From: Marsupella aquatica
Taxonomy: Eukaryota > Plantae > Marchantiophyta
NCBI GenBank assembly: GCA_973895155.1
Contig: OZ316893.1
Coordinates: 2,316,420-2,380,419, forward strand
DNA length: 64,000 nt
Reading direction: 5' to 3'
The notes beneath the pieces were generated by a model, which did no database searches, was not told where the DNA came from, and saw only the letters and a list, made by a program, of their open reading frames with translations. This document shows positions 12,281 to 27,059 of this stretch, piece by piece; positions within the stretch are counted from its first letter, which is position 1, and the number at the start of each line of letters is the position of its first letter. The translations under genes were made by a program, and so were the position numbers.

Positions 12281-15200
12281 GGTAAGAGTACATATACTCT
12301 TAGAAAGCCTAAGAGGGTTTGATGTTTACTAGTTTTAGTAGAACTAGAGTAGAACAATGAGTTCATGTATTCTTCTCTATAAATGCCCTGAAAATTAGAA
12401 AGTGTATCACCAAGTGTCTCAGGCACCCTTTCTTAGTGAGGGTCCTAGCGAGGTCCCTAGCCTCTTGAGCACCCTTTTGTTGCCAAGGTTGCTGGCCTCC
12501 CAAAACCTCGCCACCATTTGTCGCCGACGTTGCTAGCCTCAATCAAGGGAATTCAAGTGCATTGGTAGGTCCGCAAGTTAGTTATGGGTAATAATTTACA
12601 AATTCCAAATAAATGACACAAACATGAACCTAGAGGGCTAGTGGCCACTTTGCCTATGTGCAGCCTGGATAACTGCATGGTGGTTAAATGCAGGCCAGCC
12701 GTGTAGTCCCCACATATTGCACAGATTTCCTTTGTAAATGCACCAAAAAATGCAGATTTGATGATTATATCTATTCTTATTCAATCTATAAGTGTTTAGA
12801 TGCATTTATGGGGGTTTCAATGCATACAGATCCCCTCAACAAAGTGTAGAGGATATCATTTATGCATTTATCTATATGTGCATGGTTTGCACTATTTAGT
12901 AAGTGCTTGGGACATTACTTATGCACTTACCTGTTTTGTAATCAGGTCACACTCACTCCTCGGACCCCAAGCCCTCACATTGCATGATCAACTGGATAAA
13001 TGCATAAAATTACTTTATGTACTTGTTTGTCGCATTTATGTTCCCTGTGTATGCATTGCAGTAACTTATAAAATGCATTGTACCCTTATAGATGGAAATG
13101 TACTATGTATCTGTCCTTTAGTGCCACTATTTAGTGAGGGTAGATCTTTGCAAAATACAATTTTTGCATTGATAGGACAAAAAATCACTATAATCAGGCT
13201 ACATGGTTGGCCTGATTTATACTCTGAATGCACTTACCACACTGCACTTATCCGAAATTCACTGTAGTGCCTCGTTCAACAGTGACGCTGGATTCGAAAA
13301 CGAAAAGGATACTAGGATAAATACAGGCTTGGGGGTCTTGTAGTGCATACGAGGATAAGTACAGGCTTAAGGGTCTTCCCCGGACCCCTTGTACATAGTT
13401 GTTCATTATCAAATCTTTCTACAATAATTTATTGATGCTCAGTTTATAAGTTGTTCCTTTATCTAGTCTTTCAAGATTACGTTATTGATGCTACATCACA
13501 TATTGTAGAGGGCAATTATTTAAAACTGCAGCTCCTAGGACACACGTCCTCTCTTTTTTTTGGGGAAAGGGGCAAAAGCCCAAACTCATGAAAAGAGGCA
13601 AAAGGGGAAAGGACCCATATCCTCTCTTTTTTGGGTGGGAAGGGGCAGAAGTCCAAACTCATGAAAAGAGGCAAAAGGGGAAAAGAACCCTTCCCTTAAC
13701 ATGTTACTATTCGTTAGTAAACCTATTCTGGAGGCTCTCCCACTCACTTCACAGGATCCTCTTGCCCTAGAAACATTTCTTGATGATTTTGTAAAAAATG
13801 TGAACTACTTTAAGATGTGGTTTTTGTGGAAAAGGAGATCTCACTGTAATCTAAGTTTTGAGCCCCAGTTTGCACCATATGGTGAACTAATCAGGTGACA
13901 TTGATACTCGGGAATCCCCCAAAACAGCATATGCTCTTTCTTAGCTAAGATTGTGCTGTATCTGAAATGAGTACTACTCTACTGATTATCCAAGTACTTT
14001 ATATGAGCACTTTTGCTTAAGGGTTGAGGTGTACTTTTGGGGTTAGTTGAGCACCCCTCCCTTAGGCATAAGTATTTGGCTGACTGAATTGGAAAAGGGA
14101 CCACCTACAGACACCACATTGCTGCTAGGAAACTCATATGAAACCCTACTCATGGGTTGGATCCATGTTCCAGTAGGGCATCTCAATGCTTTGAAATTAT
14201 GGATGATGGCATTTGGCCATAAAGGAATGGTACTAACTTTTTCAGAAGGTTGTGTAATTTTTGTTTTTGTTTTTTCTGTCACCAACCTCTAGAGTGACTG
14301 ATGGTAATGGCATAAGACAAATCCTTATGGCAACAAGTTATAGACTCTTAATAGTCCTTAACTTTTGTGTCCATAACTGGTAACTAGGGACTTAAGGTCC
14401 ATCAAATTATCAGTTGAAGATGCCCTAAGTAATGGTAGTGTAATATTGCACTAAGGACATAAATCAGCATTTAATGTCCAAAACTCGATATTTGATCCCA
14501 TGGAAGAACAAGTAAGGAATGATTTTCTATCGTTTAACACTTATGAATGACTAAGGTAACAAAAACACAGGTTTGAGCCTTTTACTATGATTGCTCAACA
14601 AGGCATAGATTTGAATGTTTGCTTAACATTGTAAATGCAATTAATAAAATGGAAACAAATAACAAAACACAATAAAATCTTGAGGTATGATGAGGGAGTC
14701 TGGAAAACACCAAGGTAACTTCTCAACAATTAACACTTCATTTGATGTGATTTGGGGTGGTATATCCATAAGAACATTTCTGGAATGGTGTATTGTACTA
14801 GGATGATTACTAAAATGCCATCAACACATGTCAACTTTTCCATCCAAAGGTACTCAGAAGAAACTAGTAATAAATCACTTTGATATCCAGTCGGTACTCT
14901 GAGTCACGAATAATAAACACCATCATGATCAAATTGAAGTCACAGGTAATTGGTGAGTAACAATCTTTGCATCCCATGCACAAGCAATGTCACGCCCAAA
15001 ACTATGCATCAAGAGCTCAAGAAGATGGGTTGTCACCACTTAAGGAATCTATTCCCTTATACTTCTGAGATTCAACTCCATACAAATAATTTTACTTCAA
15101 TGATCTAAACTCTCGATCATTCAGACCAAGGAAGGGAGAAGAATTCCTTCTGCATTTGTAAGCTCCATACAAAAACAACATGAAAGCTTTACTTTGCAAA

Positions 15201-15389
15201 GGTGATTCAATGCTGCAACACATGCCACAGACACTACTTTATTTATTCACACTTGAGAATGACACAAATTCTACTTCATATAGGCTAGCAGGAACCCAAG
15301 GAGACTGAGATACTGAAAGGACATGCCCTTTCATATCTGAAGGGTCCTGAATTAATTTTAATGATGGTCATCCTTGAAAAGTGAATGGA

Positions 15390-15960
15390 CACTACTGAAA
15401 GTGTCGAAAATGCAGGGGACGCTTCTCAAAGCGTCGAGGTTTGAGTGGACGCTTTGCAAAGCGTCGGTGTTTTTCGGTAAAACTAATAAACAATGATCTT
15501 AATTTAATTTTAACTTCTAAACTAAGAGTCGAAATGAGTTGAAACTTTTCTAGGGTACTCTACTACATATAATCTCTATGCTAACAAAGTTTCAGACTTT
15601 TTTGAGTCCTATAAGTGTCTCAAATAAATTGGTAAAAGCGGCGCAGTGTTATAAAAGTGCGAAAACTGAAAATTTTTCTAAGTGTCGGGAACATAGTGGA
15701 CGCTTTAGTCAAGCGTCAATACTTGGCGGACGCTTCCGAAAGCGTCGCTTCTCAAAGCGTCCAAAAATACAAGGGACGCTTTACAAAGCGTCAAGCGTCG
15801 GCTAAGTCGCTGCAATGCAAAAAACAACAAAATTTAATTAATTCTAACTTTCAAACCACAAGTTGGTTTGAGCTTAAACTTTTAGGGATGATTCTACTAC
15901 GCAACTACTATCTCCTGAAAAAGTATGAGACTTTTATGATCCTGATAACTATTTAATTAA
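15390..15960 (+). mobile_element. Truncated CACTA (En/Spm)-like element end
   Basis: CACTACTGAAA at 15390 is followed by many direct and inverted GACGC...AAAGCGTC subterminal motifs (15418-15800), as in CACTA subterminal arrays. No matching 3' TIR was found. Confidence 0.6.
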
Positions 15961-17940
15961 AATAGCAGAGATCCGTTGATCGTGATAATTGCACACAGAG
16001 CTCATTCTTGCTGAAGAAGTGTTTTGGAGTCCAGTTCTTGAATCTTCTAGCCTGCATTGCTTCTCCAATGATGTCCAGTCTTCGTTCTTGGTAGCATGCA
16101 AAGAGCAAGGATTTATATTGGTGATTCTTGTCCAATAGAGGCAATAGCCTCCGATGAAGGATAGCATTAGCTAAAGTGTTCAGTTGATCTAAATTTATAT
16201 TGCACCTTTGAGTTAGAAAAAGTTCAAAATTCATAAATTTTCTATCATTTTCAACTAATCTAGTGTATTACAGGTAGAGTTCAATAAGCTTCTCCTTTTT
16301 CCAAATGACATAAATAACTTTCAAGAGCCTGTTACCTTTGTCTTTTGGAGCTGCTTTGGGCTTTTTCCCCCCCTTTTAAGGAATTAAAGCACTTCCCCAC
16401 TCTTCTACCCTAACTGTCCACTTTGGCTTTTGCCTCCTTTTAAGGTTACCTGTTCCTCACGTCTCTACCTTGTACAAGGTCAACCCTTTTGAGGTTCTGG
16501 TTCTTTTTAAGGAAGGAAGCTCCCAGTGGTTTCTGGCCAGATATTTTATTGTTCGTTAGAGTTATACGTTAAAGTAATGGGTAAAAAGATGGGTGAACTC
16601 TCCAATAAAGGCCCCCAAACTAGTAACAGTAAAGTCTCCCCTTGATATAGGATTCACAAAACTCCAGGTGACATAACAAACTGTTACTGCAGGCCTGCTA
16701 AATAGCATTCTATTGTTCTAGCATCAGCAATTACAAGCTGCTCCTCTGCCCAATGTTGCATCTACAGATGTTCTCCCTGCCATAGCCCACACCATTGCCC
16801 TGCCACCGTTGTTTTTGCCATCAATGTTGCTGCCTACTTACACTAGTAAGCCTTTGCTAAATAATCTTCAGCTAAGACCTGCTTCCCTCTCTCCTGACCA
16901 GACTCTCTTGCAGTGCAGCATGACCTTGTCTTGCTATGCACGTAGAACTGCCTTAGCTATAGGGCAAATCTGACACCCTCACAAGACAATTTAGCAGTTT
17001 CAGCCTGCATTTAATCTTGGACTAGTTGACCCAAGACTAATTGACACAAGTTACAATGATTAACTCACCCAACATTGGCAGTATAATTACAGATAACTCT
17101 ATTGCAAGAATAAAAACCAAAGGTGCAGCAAACGATGGGACAACGACCTGAGTCAAACTGGAGTTAAGTATAAATCAAGACCCCAGCAAGGCAGGATGGC
17201 TGAATTGATGACAATCAGGGAGAAAAGTCCTTGAAAAGTCATTTATGGCATTTAGTTGGATTGTTTGCTGCCCACCACAAATGATTATCATTTTTCTGTC
17301 TAATTGTGAAGAGCTTGTCTGAATCCCACTTCTAGGCAGGGTAGTGTAAAAACAGATTTGCTTCCCGGGGCTTTCAACCAAAGCACCTTGGACTCCCCAC
17401 ACAAATAATGTCCCATAGTATCCATAGCCTGTTGGTTGAATAAAGTAGTCTTACTCTTGATATTATCTTGATATCATGTGCCCGATCATGTGTCCATGGC
17501 TCAAGCAGCATGGGGGGCAGCAGGCAAATTGCCTGACAATGCCATAAATGACTTTCCAGAAATCCATTGCCCCAAATGAGATGTAAAGCAGTATGACGAG
17601 GCCTGACTGGCCAGAAGAGCCTAAACCAAACCATGAAGAGAGGAATGTCTCTAGGCCTGGGGAAACCAAACCAAAGAGAGTAGAAAGAACCAATTTCTTG
17701 CTTAAACCACCACTAGCCATGACAAAACCTGGTTACACCATAATTAGTATCCTTTCCTGAATTTGTGGAGCAGTACGGAATGGGAGAGAGAAGAATGGAA
17801 TGGGAGAAGAGAAGAATGAGAGTAAAGTGAGAAATAGGGAGAAGTCTTGGACAATTCCCCCTTTCACATGGCTAGTGGCTGTTTAAGCCATCATCCACAT
17901 CTAAAGTAATTATGGTACAGCGCAACACTCATTTTCCACT

Positions 17941-20900
17941 TGTTGAACATAGACGACATTCGCAACTGCAAGCCCATGAACCATCCAACGTACAAGAGTC
18001 GACACAGAGAGATACATGGTTCACCTCCACATGAGGCTACATCCACTGGAACACACAAGAGCTTTACTGCACTCTAGGTCGATCCGCCATACCAAGCATC
18101 CACAGCACAAGCTCTCCCTATCTCTCAACTAGCTCCGTAACAATGAGCCTAAGTTCCCACCAGGGGCTGGCACCAGCCCTAGCAATATACACAACAGAAC
18201 TACAACTAACATTAGCTAAGTCCTAACCCGAGTTAGCCTAACTGTGGTTAGCTCATGAGTCACAAGACTAAGAGCAATACCTAACAAACTCCCCCTTGAC
18301 TCTTGTCTTCAGTTGGGGATTGGACTAATTGCAACCATATGGAATACTCAGCAGGAAGTTCTAGACAATCACCTAAACAGGTCTCCCGGCCTAAAAACCA
18401 CAAGGGTTAACTACTTATCTGAACTAAGTCGTAGCCAAACTGGAATGAGTAATCCATATACAAATAGTCACACATTGCTAAATAACTCTACTTGCGCTAC
18501 AACTGCAAAACCTGCAAAGTAGCACGGTGTCTTGAGAAACTCTCCAAAGGAATCACTTTGGTAAAGACATTAGCAGGATTGAGCTTTCCATCAATCTTGA
18601 CTAAGTAGTTCAAAAGTTTTATCAGACATTGCTTGCCTGATAAAATGGTCCTTGATATCAATGTGCTTCACCCTGCTATCCATCACCTGGTTAGCAGCCA
18701 AGTGAAGAGCACTCTGACTATCATAATTTAGAGTCATTTGCCATGCTCTAAACCAATCTCCGCAATCAACTTGTCCAACCAAATTGCTTCCTTTGCTGCT
18801 TCTACTACTGCAACATACTCTGCTTTTGTAGTAGACTGAGATGTGCACTTCTGCAAGGTAGATTTCCAACTGATACATCCTCCTCCAAGAGTGTATACAA
18901 ACCCAATTGTAGACCTCCTTGTATCCAGACAGCCTCCATAGTCAGAATCTACATAGCCAACTAACATTCTATTTGATCTATTATCAAATAGTAATTCATA
19001 GTCCTGTGTTCCCTTCACATACTTGAGAATCCATTTCACAGCTTCTCAATGTACCTTCCCTGGATTTGACATGAATCTGCTAACCTTGCCCATCGCTAGG
19101 GCCAAGTCAGGCCTAGTACAAGTCATCAAATACATCAGATTGCCTACTGCCTTCTCGATCATAAGGAATCTTAGCCATCAGACCTTTCTCCATAGCATCC
19201 GTAGGAGAGAAAGCCGATGATAACTTGAAATGTGAAGCTAAAGGAATACTCACTGGCTTACAGTTCTCCATGTTGAATCGTGCAAGTACTTTCCTCGCAT
19301 ACTGGCCTTGACTCAAGCACAACTGTCCAGTATCAGAGTTCCTAAAAATCTCTATCCCTAAGATCCTCTTGGCCTTACCAAGATCCTTCATCCTGAATTC
19401 AGCACTCAATTTCGCCTTGAGACTGTCAACCTTAGATTGATCTTTAGCCACAATCAGCATATCATCCACATAGATCACCAGAATGATGAAACCAAATACA
19501 TCATTCTTGACTGATTTCGTATACACACAAGGATCATACACTGGTCATCCTTGTAAAACCTTGAGCAAGCTTGAAATCATCAAACCGCTTGTTCCACTGT
19601 CTGGGAGACTGCTTCAATCCATACAAGGACTTGAGCAATCTGCAAACTAAGTTCTCTTGGCCCTTCTTCATAAAACCTAGTGGCTGTCTCATGAAGATCA
19701 ACTCTTTCAAGTTGCCATAGAGAAAACCAGTAACAACATCCATCTAATCCATCACCAGACCAAAAAACACAACAAGCTGACACAAGATCCGAATTGTGGA
19801 ATACTTAGCCACCGGTGAAAAGACCTCATTGTAATCCACTCCCTTCTCCTAAGTGAATCCCTTGGCAACAAGCCTTGCCTTGTAGATCTTATCTCCACCC
19901 TCTGAAGGACTGTCCTTTAACTTGTTAATCCACTTGCTGTCCACCACTTGCTGACCTCTTGGAAGCTTCACCAGCTCCCCATGTCTTGTTGTCACTCAAA
20001 GATTGCAACTCCCTCTACATTGCTGCATTCCACTCATGCTTCTGCTAAGCCATGTCATCATCATCAGGTGCAATGTCAATATCATCTAGCTTAGATGAGT
20101 CTGCCCATTGACCATACCTAGTAGGAGCTCTAGTAGAACGACTGGAAGTTCTTCTAGTAGATGACTTAGACTGATCTGTTGCTGCTGCTGGATGAATTTG
20201 AGGTACCCCAACAACAATATGCTCCTCTTGTGCCATCAAAGGAACCAGCTCCAAGCCCGGAGCTTCTCCATCTCTCCTGTCATGAACAGCATCATGATGA
20301 CTAATCTCCCCCTCAACCTGGTCCGGGATGGGAGATTTCCCCTTGTTAGTATGGGAGTCCTAAGAACTCTCTCCCTCCTTTGATGATCTGGATTCATTAA
20401 AGGACACATCTCTACTAACAATTAGTTTACAGGTTACTGGATCCCATAACCTATAACCCTTCACACCTTTCTGATAACCAAGGAAAATGCACTTCTTCGA
20501 CTTGGACTCCAGCTTGGATCTAAGCTGGGAAGGTGTAAGCACATAAGCATCACATCCAAAAATCCTCAGATGTGAGTAATCTGTTGGACGCCCGTACCTC
20601 ATTTCAAATGGTGTCTTGAATGCAATAGAACTTGATGGAGAAAAATTTACCAAATAAGTTGCAGTGTTGACAGCTACAGCCCAAAACTCATGTGGTAAGC
20701 ATGATTGACTCAACATACTCCTCGAGCGGTCCAATAGTGTTTGGTTGTGTCTCTCAGAAACACTATTCTGCTGAGGAGTATAACTTGTTGTGAGATGGCG
20801 GGTAATCCCCTACTCCTTACAATACGTTCCAAATTCCCCGAAACTGTATTTACCGCCATTATCCGATCGAAGATATCTCACCTTATTATCAGTCTGATTC

Positions 20901-22170
20901 TCTAAGTCTTGGGCTTTTCACTCCTTAAAAGTGGCAAGAACATCAGACTTATTGTGTAGAAAGTATATCCACACATACCTTGAGTAATCATCAATGAACG
21001 TGACATAGTATAACCGTCCAGAATGTGAGGGAGTAGGGGCTGGACCCCACACATCACTATGTACATACTCAAGTACCTCCTTGCTGGTGTGAGTTCCAAC
21101 TCCGAAGGGTTTCCTGTGCTGCTTCCCAAACACACAATGCTCACAAAATTCCAACTTACAAGATTGCAAATTAGAAAGTAATCTTTTCTTCTGAAGAATA
21201 ACCAAACTTTTTTCACTAATGTGGCCCAAATGGAAGTGCCACAGCCAATCCGTCTCCTCATGAAATAAGGTTACATTGGCTTCATCACAGAGTACACTGC
21301 CCTCCAAAACGTATAGATTGCTATGTCATTTTCCCTTCAATATAACTTTAGTACCAGTTGAAACCTGAAGGACACCATTAGCAGAACTCCACTGATGCCC
21401 ATTTGCTTCTAAAACTCCAAGTGAAATGAGATTTTTCATCATGCTGGGAATGTGTCTCACATTCCTCAACGTTCTTACAGCACCATCAAACATCTGAAAT
21501 CTTACAGATCCAAGTCCAATAACTGGACATGGGATTCCATTTCCCATCAACATTGACCCGTTGGAAACCGTGTAAGAACTGAAAAAATCTCTCCTAGAGC
21601 AAATGTGAAAAGTACATGCACTATCTAGAATCCAGTCATCACTACCTGGATTCGACACTATATTGAGAGCATAACCTTGGCATCACAATATGTCATCATC
21701 ATCGAGTAAATCTACCTCATGCAAGCTTGATGCTGCGTTAGCAGATGCAGTAGGGACCTTTACTCGACAATCCCTTTTCATGTGGCCTGGCTTGCCACAA
21801 TTCCAACATGCAAGAGGCTTCCTCTCTTGCGATTTCCCTCTAGATTTAGATCTCCCCCGTGATGTAGATCTAAACCTGTTCTGCCCATTCGTGCGCTGCG
21901 CTGCTCTTCCCCTGTTCACATTGAGCGCAGTGCTAGAAGAAGATGCTGTCAGTGATTGACCCAGCTTTTTCTGAGCATCATCAGACAGTAAAGAGCTCAC
22001 CACCTCATTATACAAAATGGACTTCAGATCTCTATACAAGAGCACCTGTTTCAAGCCCTGATATGACGGTGGTAAGGAGCTTAGCAGAAGCAAGGCCTTA
22101 TCCTCATCTTTAACTCCTTTTCCCAGGTTTGACAGATCCACCGCTAGACTGTCAAATTCATCCAGGTGAT
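17941..22170 (-). mobile_element. Copia element 2, 3' part (3' LTR 17941-18286, RNaseH, RT, integrase, protease, 3' gag), decayed
   Basis: LTR TG...CA of 346 bp and PPT (rc of 18287-18300). Motifs: YVDSDYGGC, YVDDML, SLYGLKQSPRQW, YVHSDVWGP, WILDSACTFH, zinc knuckle CWNCGKPGHMKRDC. Gag stops abruptly at 22170. Confidence 0.95.
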
Positions 22171-23766
22171 GGATGCATCCAAGAAGAGTCAAGAGAAGAG
22201 CAAGAGCTTAGAGAAGAAGCTCAAGGAGGTACGTAAATCGTTATGAGAGGCTCAGATCAACACGGGGACCCCGGGGATGCCACCCCGATCTGTCAACCTT
22301 GGGACTCCCATGGCCACCGGGCAGGTTTTACCGTTGGAGTTGCGGTCCGGTGAAGAGGCGGCCTTATGGAAGAACACCATTGGTGAGGGGTACATCAAGG
22401 CGTGGCAGACCTTGGCCAATTTGAGGAAGCAAGGGAGCACTAGCACAAGGAGTACCCCGGTGAAGAAGAAGAGGAATGAAGTGGCACTCACTCCAGTGGA
22501 GAGTGATGAGGAGGCCCACTCACGGGGCTCAAGCCAGGGCACCGTGAGTGAAGAGGAGGAAGATTAGAGTGGTCGTACGGACGTGGTTGTACAGCCCCTT
22601 GACTTTCCAACTTTTTTTTGAGGGGTCACTCACGGGCTTGTTGGAAAGAGCTCACGGAGCTGATTCCAACAAGAGGCAGCGCTCCTCAAACGGAGCCAGG
22701 ATGAGCAAGTTAGGGCCCGGCGAAGTTGGGTTTACGGGATACTGAAACGGCCATAACTTGGTTGTCCGATGTCCGTTTCAAGAGCGGTTGAGTAATTCAT
22801 GATCAGGAGGAGGAGGGCTATCCAGGGGTGAACTCAAAAGTGCAAGTGGAAGGGCACCTAGTTTCGGCCATTGTGGGGTTCCTTGCAATTTCACGGTTCA
22901 CGGAGTAATGTTGGGGTGCCGTCGAAGGCACCGCCGGCCCCATTGTTAGTTTAGGGTTTAGGGTTTTAGAAGCATGTGTGTGCTGCATGCTTTTAGTTTA
23001 AGGGTTTCTTAGTGAAGGGTTTAGCGGCGCCGCTAGGGTAAGCCGCCATCGTTGTGGCCCCGGGAGGGGTGCTTTGGTGTGTTTTTTGGTATTTAGGGGG
23101 AGAGCCCAGGAGTAGTTAGGGGGGAACTCAGTATAGTGTTGGCTTACGGGAAGTTAGCGGAGGACCAGAAGGAGGAACCGAGTCAGAGTAGTGAGGTAGA
23201 GGGTAGCACTTGCCCCATTGAGGCAGGAGTTGGACAGACGGCAGGAGGCTGGGTTGTCCTTGCAATGTGTTATCCTTTTTACCAAAAGATATGGATTTGA
23301 TTGGATTTCTCAAGTTTGGTGTTGCGTTATGTTTTCCGGTTCACGATTGTGTTCTTTCCCAGGAATAGTCTAAGGAATCCTTGCTTGGGTTGGTCAACCA
23401 GTTAAGGAAAGGGGGGGTGGTGACAGCACTCCACAACGACCAGTAGAATGTGTGTGTGTGTGTGTGGAGTAGTCCATGGGACTTGATCAAAAGCAAAGAA
23501 TGGCTAGTCGGTAGACTTGATCAAAAATTATATTTCCGGGAGTGGAATCAAATATACTCATCCTTACGTGTGGAAATCCTCCAAATAGAGTCCCTCCACG
23601 ACCCCGGAACATGATACCAACAGTTTATGCACAGGAGAGTAGTATTTTATGTATAAATGATTGGGTAGACAAGTGACATAAGTGTGGTCCTTGTTTTTGG
23701 TGAGCTATTGAGTTGACCTGACACTAAAATTCTAGAAAGTACCATATGCTCCTTGGTATCATGACA
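22171..23766 (+). mobile_element. Remnant of another, probably LTR-type, element: internal fragment plus putative PPT and LTR
   Basis: Purine tract AAGGAAAGGGGGGGTGG at ~23404-23420 followed by a TG...CA segment 23421-23766. Lys/Glu-rich frame at 22171-22567. The left edge is an inversion breakpoint. No diagnostic enzyme motif. Confidence 0.4.
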
Positions 23767-26639
23767 GAATGTATATGAAATGAGTGTTGCGCTGTAACAT
23801 GATTACTTTAGGTGTGGATGATGGCTTAAACAGTCACTAGCCATGTAAAAGGGGGAAGTGTCCAAGACTTCTCCCTATTTTTCACTTTATTCTCATTCTT
23901 CTCTCTCCCATTCCATCCTGCCCACAAATCTAGGAAAGGATACTACTTATGGTGAAAACTGGTGTAACCAGGTTTTGTCATGATGGCTAGTGGTGGTTTA
24001 AGCAAGAAATTGGGTCGTTCTACTCTCTTTGGTTTGGTTTCCCCAGGCCTAGAGACATCCCTCTCGTCATGGTTTGGTTTAATTAGGCTCTTCTGGCCAG
24101 TCAGGCTTCATCATACTGCTTTACATCTCATTTGGGGCAATGGATTTCTGGAAAGTCATTTATGGCATTGTCAGGCAATTTGCCTACTGCCCCCCATGCT
24201 GCTTGAGCCATGGACACATGATCGGGCACATGATATCAAGATAATATCAAGAGTAAGACTACTTTATTCAACCAACAGGCTATGGATACTATGGGACATT
24301 ATTTGTGTGGGGAGGCGAAGGTGCTATGCAGCATCACTAACGTAATCTTGAAAGATTAGATAAAGGAACAACTTATAAACTGAGCATCAATAAATTATTG
24401 TAGAAAGATTTAATAATGAACAACTATGTACAAGGGGTCCGGGAAGACCCTTAAGCCTGTACTTATCCTTGTATGCCCTACAAGACCCCCAAGCCTGTAT
24501 TTATCCTAGTATGCACTACAGTGAATTGCGGATAAGTGCAGTGTGGTAAGTGCATTCAGAGTACAAATCAGGCCAATGATGTAGCCCCCCCCTATATCAT
24601 AGTGAATGTTTTTCCTATCAGTGCATCAAAAATTGTATTTTGCAAAGATTTACCCTCACTAAAGGACAGATACATAGTACATTTCCATCTATAAGGGTAC
24701 AATGCATTTATAAGTTACTGCAATGCATAACAGGGAACATAAATGCGGCAAACAAGTACATAAAGTAATTTTATGCATTTATCCAGTTTATCATGCAATG
24801 TGAGGGACCCAGGATTGAGTGTGACCTGATTACAAAACAGGTAAGTGCATAAGTAATTTCCCAAGCACTTACTAAATAGTGCAGACCATGCACATATAGA
24901 TAAATGCATAAATGATATCCTCTACACTTTGTTGAGGGGATCTGTATGCATTGAAATACCCCATAAATGCATCTAAACACTAATAGATTGAATTAGAATA
25001 TATATCTACATCTATAATATACAATCCTGTCAAAAGAGGTAATCGTCCGTTTACAAACTAGCTTTTGGTGGGAACTCATGTCCACCTTTAGATTTATTCT
25101 GCCACTTTTGAGAACCGTCAGATTATCTAAAGTTGAGTCAACCTATAAAATGTATATAGATCGAATTATGATGTCTACATACAATTTAATGGACATGAGT
25201 AAATGTATAAAGAGATACAAGTTACAACCTCCACTCAATCATTATTGGGAGAATCCCAAGGAGAGGGAAGGAAGACCTAGAAATAGTTTTTCATTTATTG
25301 ATAGTTTTCTGTCTTTTTTAGAAGGTTTTTATTTCTTTCCATTTTAATTTGTTGGGGGAGATTGGGAGATACCTTTTGGGAGTTTGTTCTTATATATTTA
25401 CTATTGAAGAGACCATTAGGTGATTTTTGTGGGTTGTTGTGTGATGAGGTTCTTTTTCCTTGGGGGAAGATAGGGGCAACGTTTTTTAAAATAGTAAAGT
25501 CAATTAAGGTGTGTGAGAAGGTATGAGTACTCTTGGGTTGATGGTGGCATGTATGAGGGTGCAAGGCCATTATTTACCTGGGCCCTCTTGAGACTTGCCA
25601 ATCTCTCATCAGGATATTGGATCCACCTCTCAAGTGATTAATTATCCTATTAAATTTTGCTTTTGAATTTCTTTCATGTCCTCCCCCCCCCTCTTGCCTT
25701 CCATTTGCTGCCCTCTCCACACTAGCCAGATGTAAGGCAAAATCCAACTGCCCATAACTCACTCCATGGCCATTTGACCCCACCCTACATATGTTCCGCC
25801 TTTTTTCCGCCCTTCGGCTCTCCTTCTGCCCACCCTGACTCCTCAACTCTTGGCACCCAACTACTCCACGGGCCTGTCCAGCACCGCAAGCCCTCTCCAA
25901 GTCATGCGGGGGTGGGGAAGGAAAGGAAAAATCAAGGAGGCAGAAAAAAGACAAAGAAAAAAAAGGTTAAGGGAGAAATTAAGGATGTGATAAAATAAAG
26001 GTCATCTAATTTATGTGACATTTTTGGTGACCATTGGACTCCCCAAACTAGGGGGAGAAGATTATCAGACCAATGGGAGGGAGAAGCCATTAGGGGGCTT
26101 GCATGGTTTCTTTGTTGCCAACACTCTACTTGCCATATGTCTATATTAGTCCAGCTCTAGCTCTCACCTTAGGGCTTGCCTAACCCTTTCTCTAACTCTG
26201 ACTCTCTACCCTTTTGTGTCTTCCATCCCCTATTTGTTTGTTGACTTCTGAAATGTTTGATTGCATGGATTTCTATAGTGGCAACATTTTCTCAATGAGT
26301 GACACACTTTTTGCAATGATAACACAAGGGAGGGTGAGCACGAGAGGGAGGAGAGAAAGGAGAGGGAAGGGACAGTACGGGAAAGGACGGGACAGGAGGC
26401 CACCAGGGTGAGAAAAAAATCTTCATCCACGTACCCTGCAACCGCGCCTGCATGCCCCCCGTTGCTATAGCCTGTTTTTGTGCTCACCCCCATCACTTTG
26501 GCAATAACAACATGCGGGACAACATGGCTACAATGACTTCATGGCTGCTAGCAAAACATGCTCCCAACAACAATCTTGCAACACACTAACATCTTACATA
26601 TTTTACCTTTATCATCTTTGCCTCCTATGACATCTTCTT

Positions 26640-27059
26640 TCACCGTGACGTCTTTGTCCCATCTTGACATCTTTTTCTCATCTCGACGACTTTTCCCTCC
26701 TTGACATGTTTTCTCTAGCTCCTTGACATGTTTTCTTTTCCAAGTTGGCTGTTTTTCCTCGATCTCCTCAACATCTCTTGCTGACCTTCACATCTTTTCT
26801 CTCCTTCAAATCTTTTGCTCACCTCGACATCTTTTCTTTTCCTTGACATCTTTTGTTCACCTTGACATCTTTTCTTTTCTCAATGTCTTTTCATCTCCTT
26901 GACATCTTTTTCTCACCTCAATATTTTTCCTCTCCTTGACATCTTATCTCACCTTGACACGTTGTCTTCTCCTCGGGCTTCTCCTTGATATCTTTTCTCT
27001 TCTCAACCTCTTTTTTTTCACCTCGAGATATTCTGTGCAAGGCACGGGCATTGAGCTAT
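26640..27059 (+). repeat. Degenerate ~19-bp minisatellite followed by a decayed internal Helitron 3' end
   Basis: CTTGACATCTTTT... units, then TGTGCAAGGCACGGGCATTGAGCTAT, paralleling CGTGCAACGCACGGGCATGGGGCTAG at 28990-29015. Confidence 0.75.

Larger units (their letters stand above)
8931..17934 (+). repeat. Segmental duplication, copy A (contains P450 copy 1)
   Basis: 8931-12770 matches rc of 29016-32882; 12770-13500 matches rc of 24330-25004; 17394-17934 matches rc of 23778-24312. The segment 13500-17393 is present only in this copy. Confidence 0.93.

Noticed and set aside
12640-13269. Possible CACTA end (CACTGTAGTG) closing a TGCA-rich segment
   Set aside because: TAGTG also belongs to the adjacent ~38-bp tandem unit and no partner TIR was found; probably TE-derived but unclassifiable.
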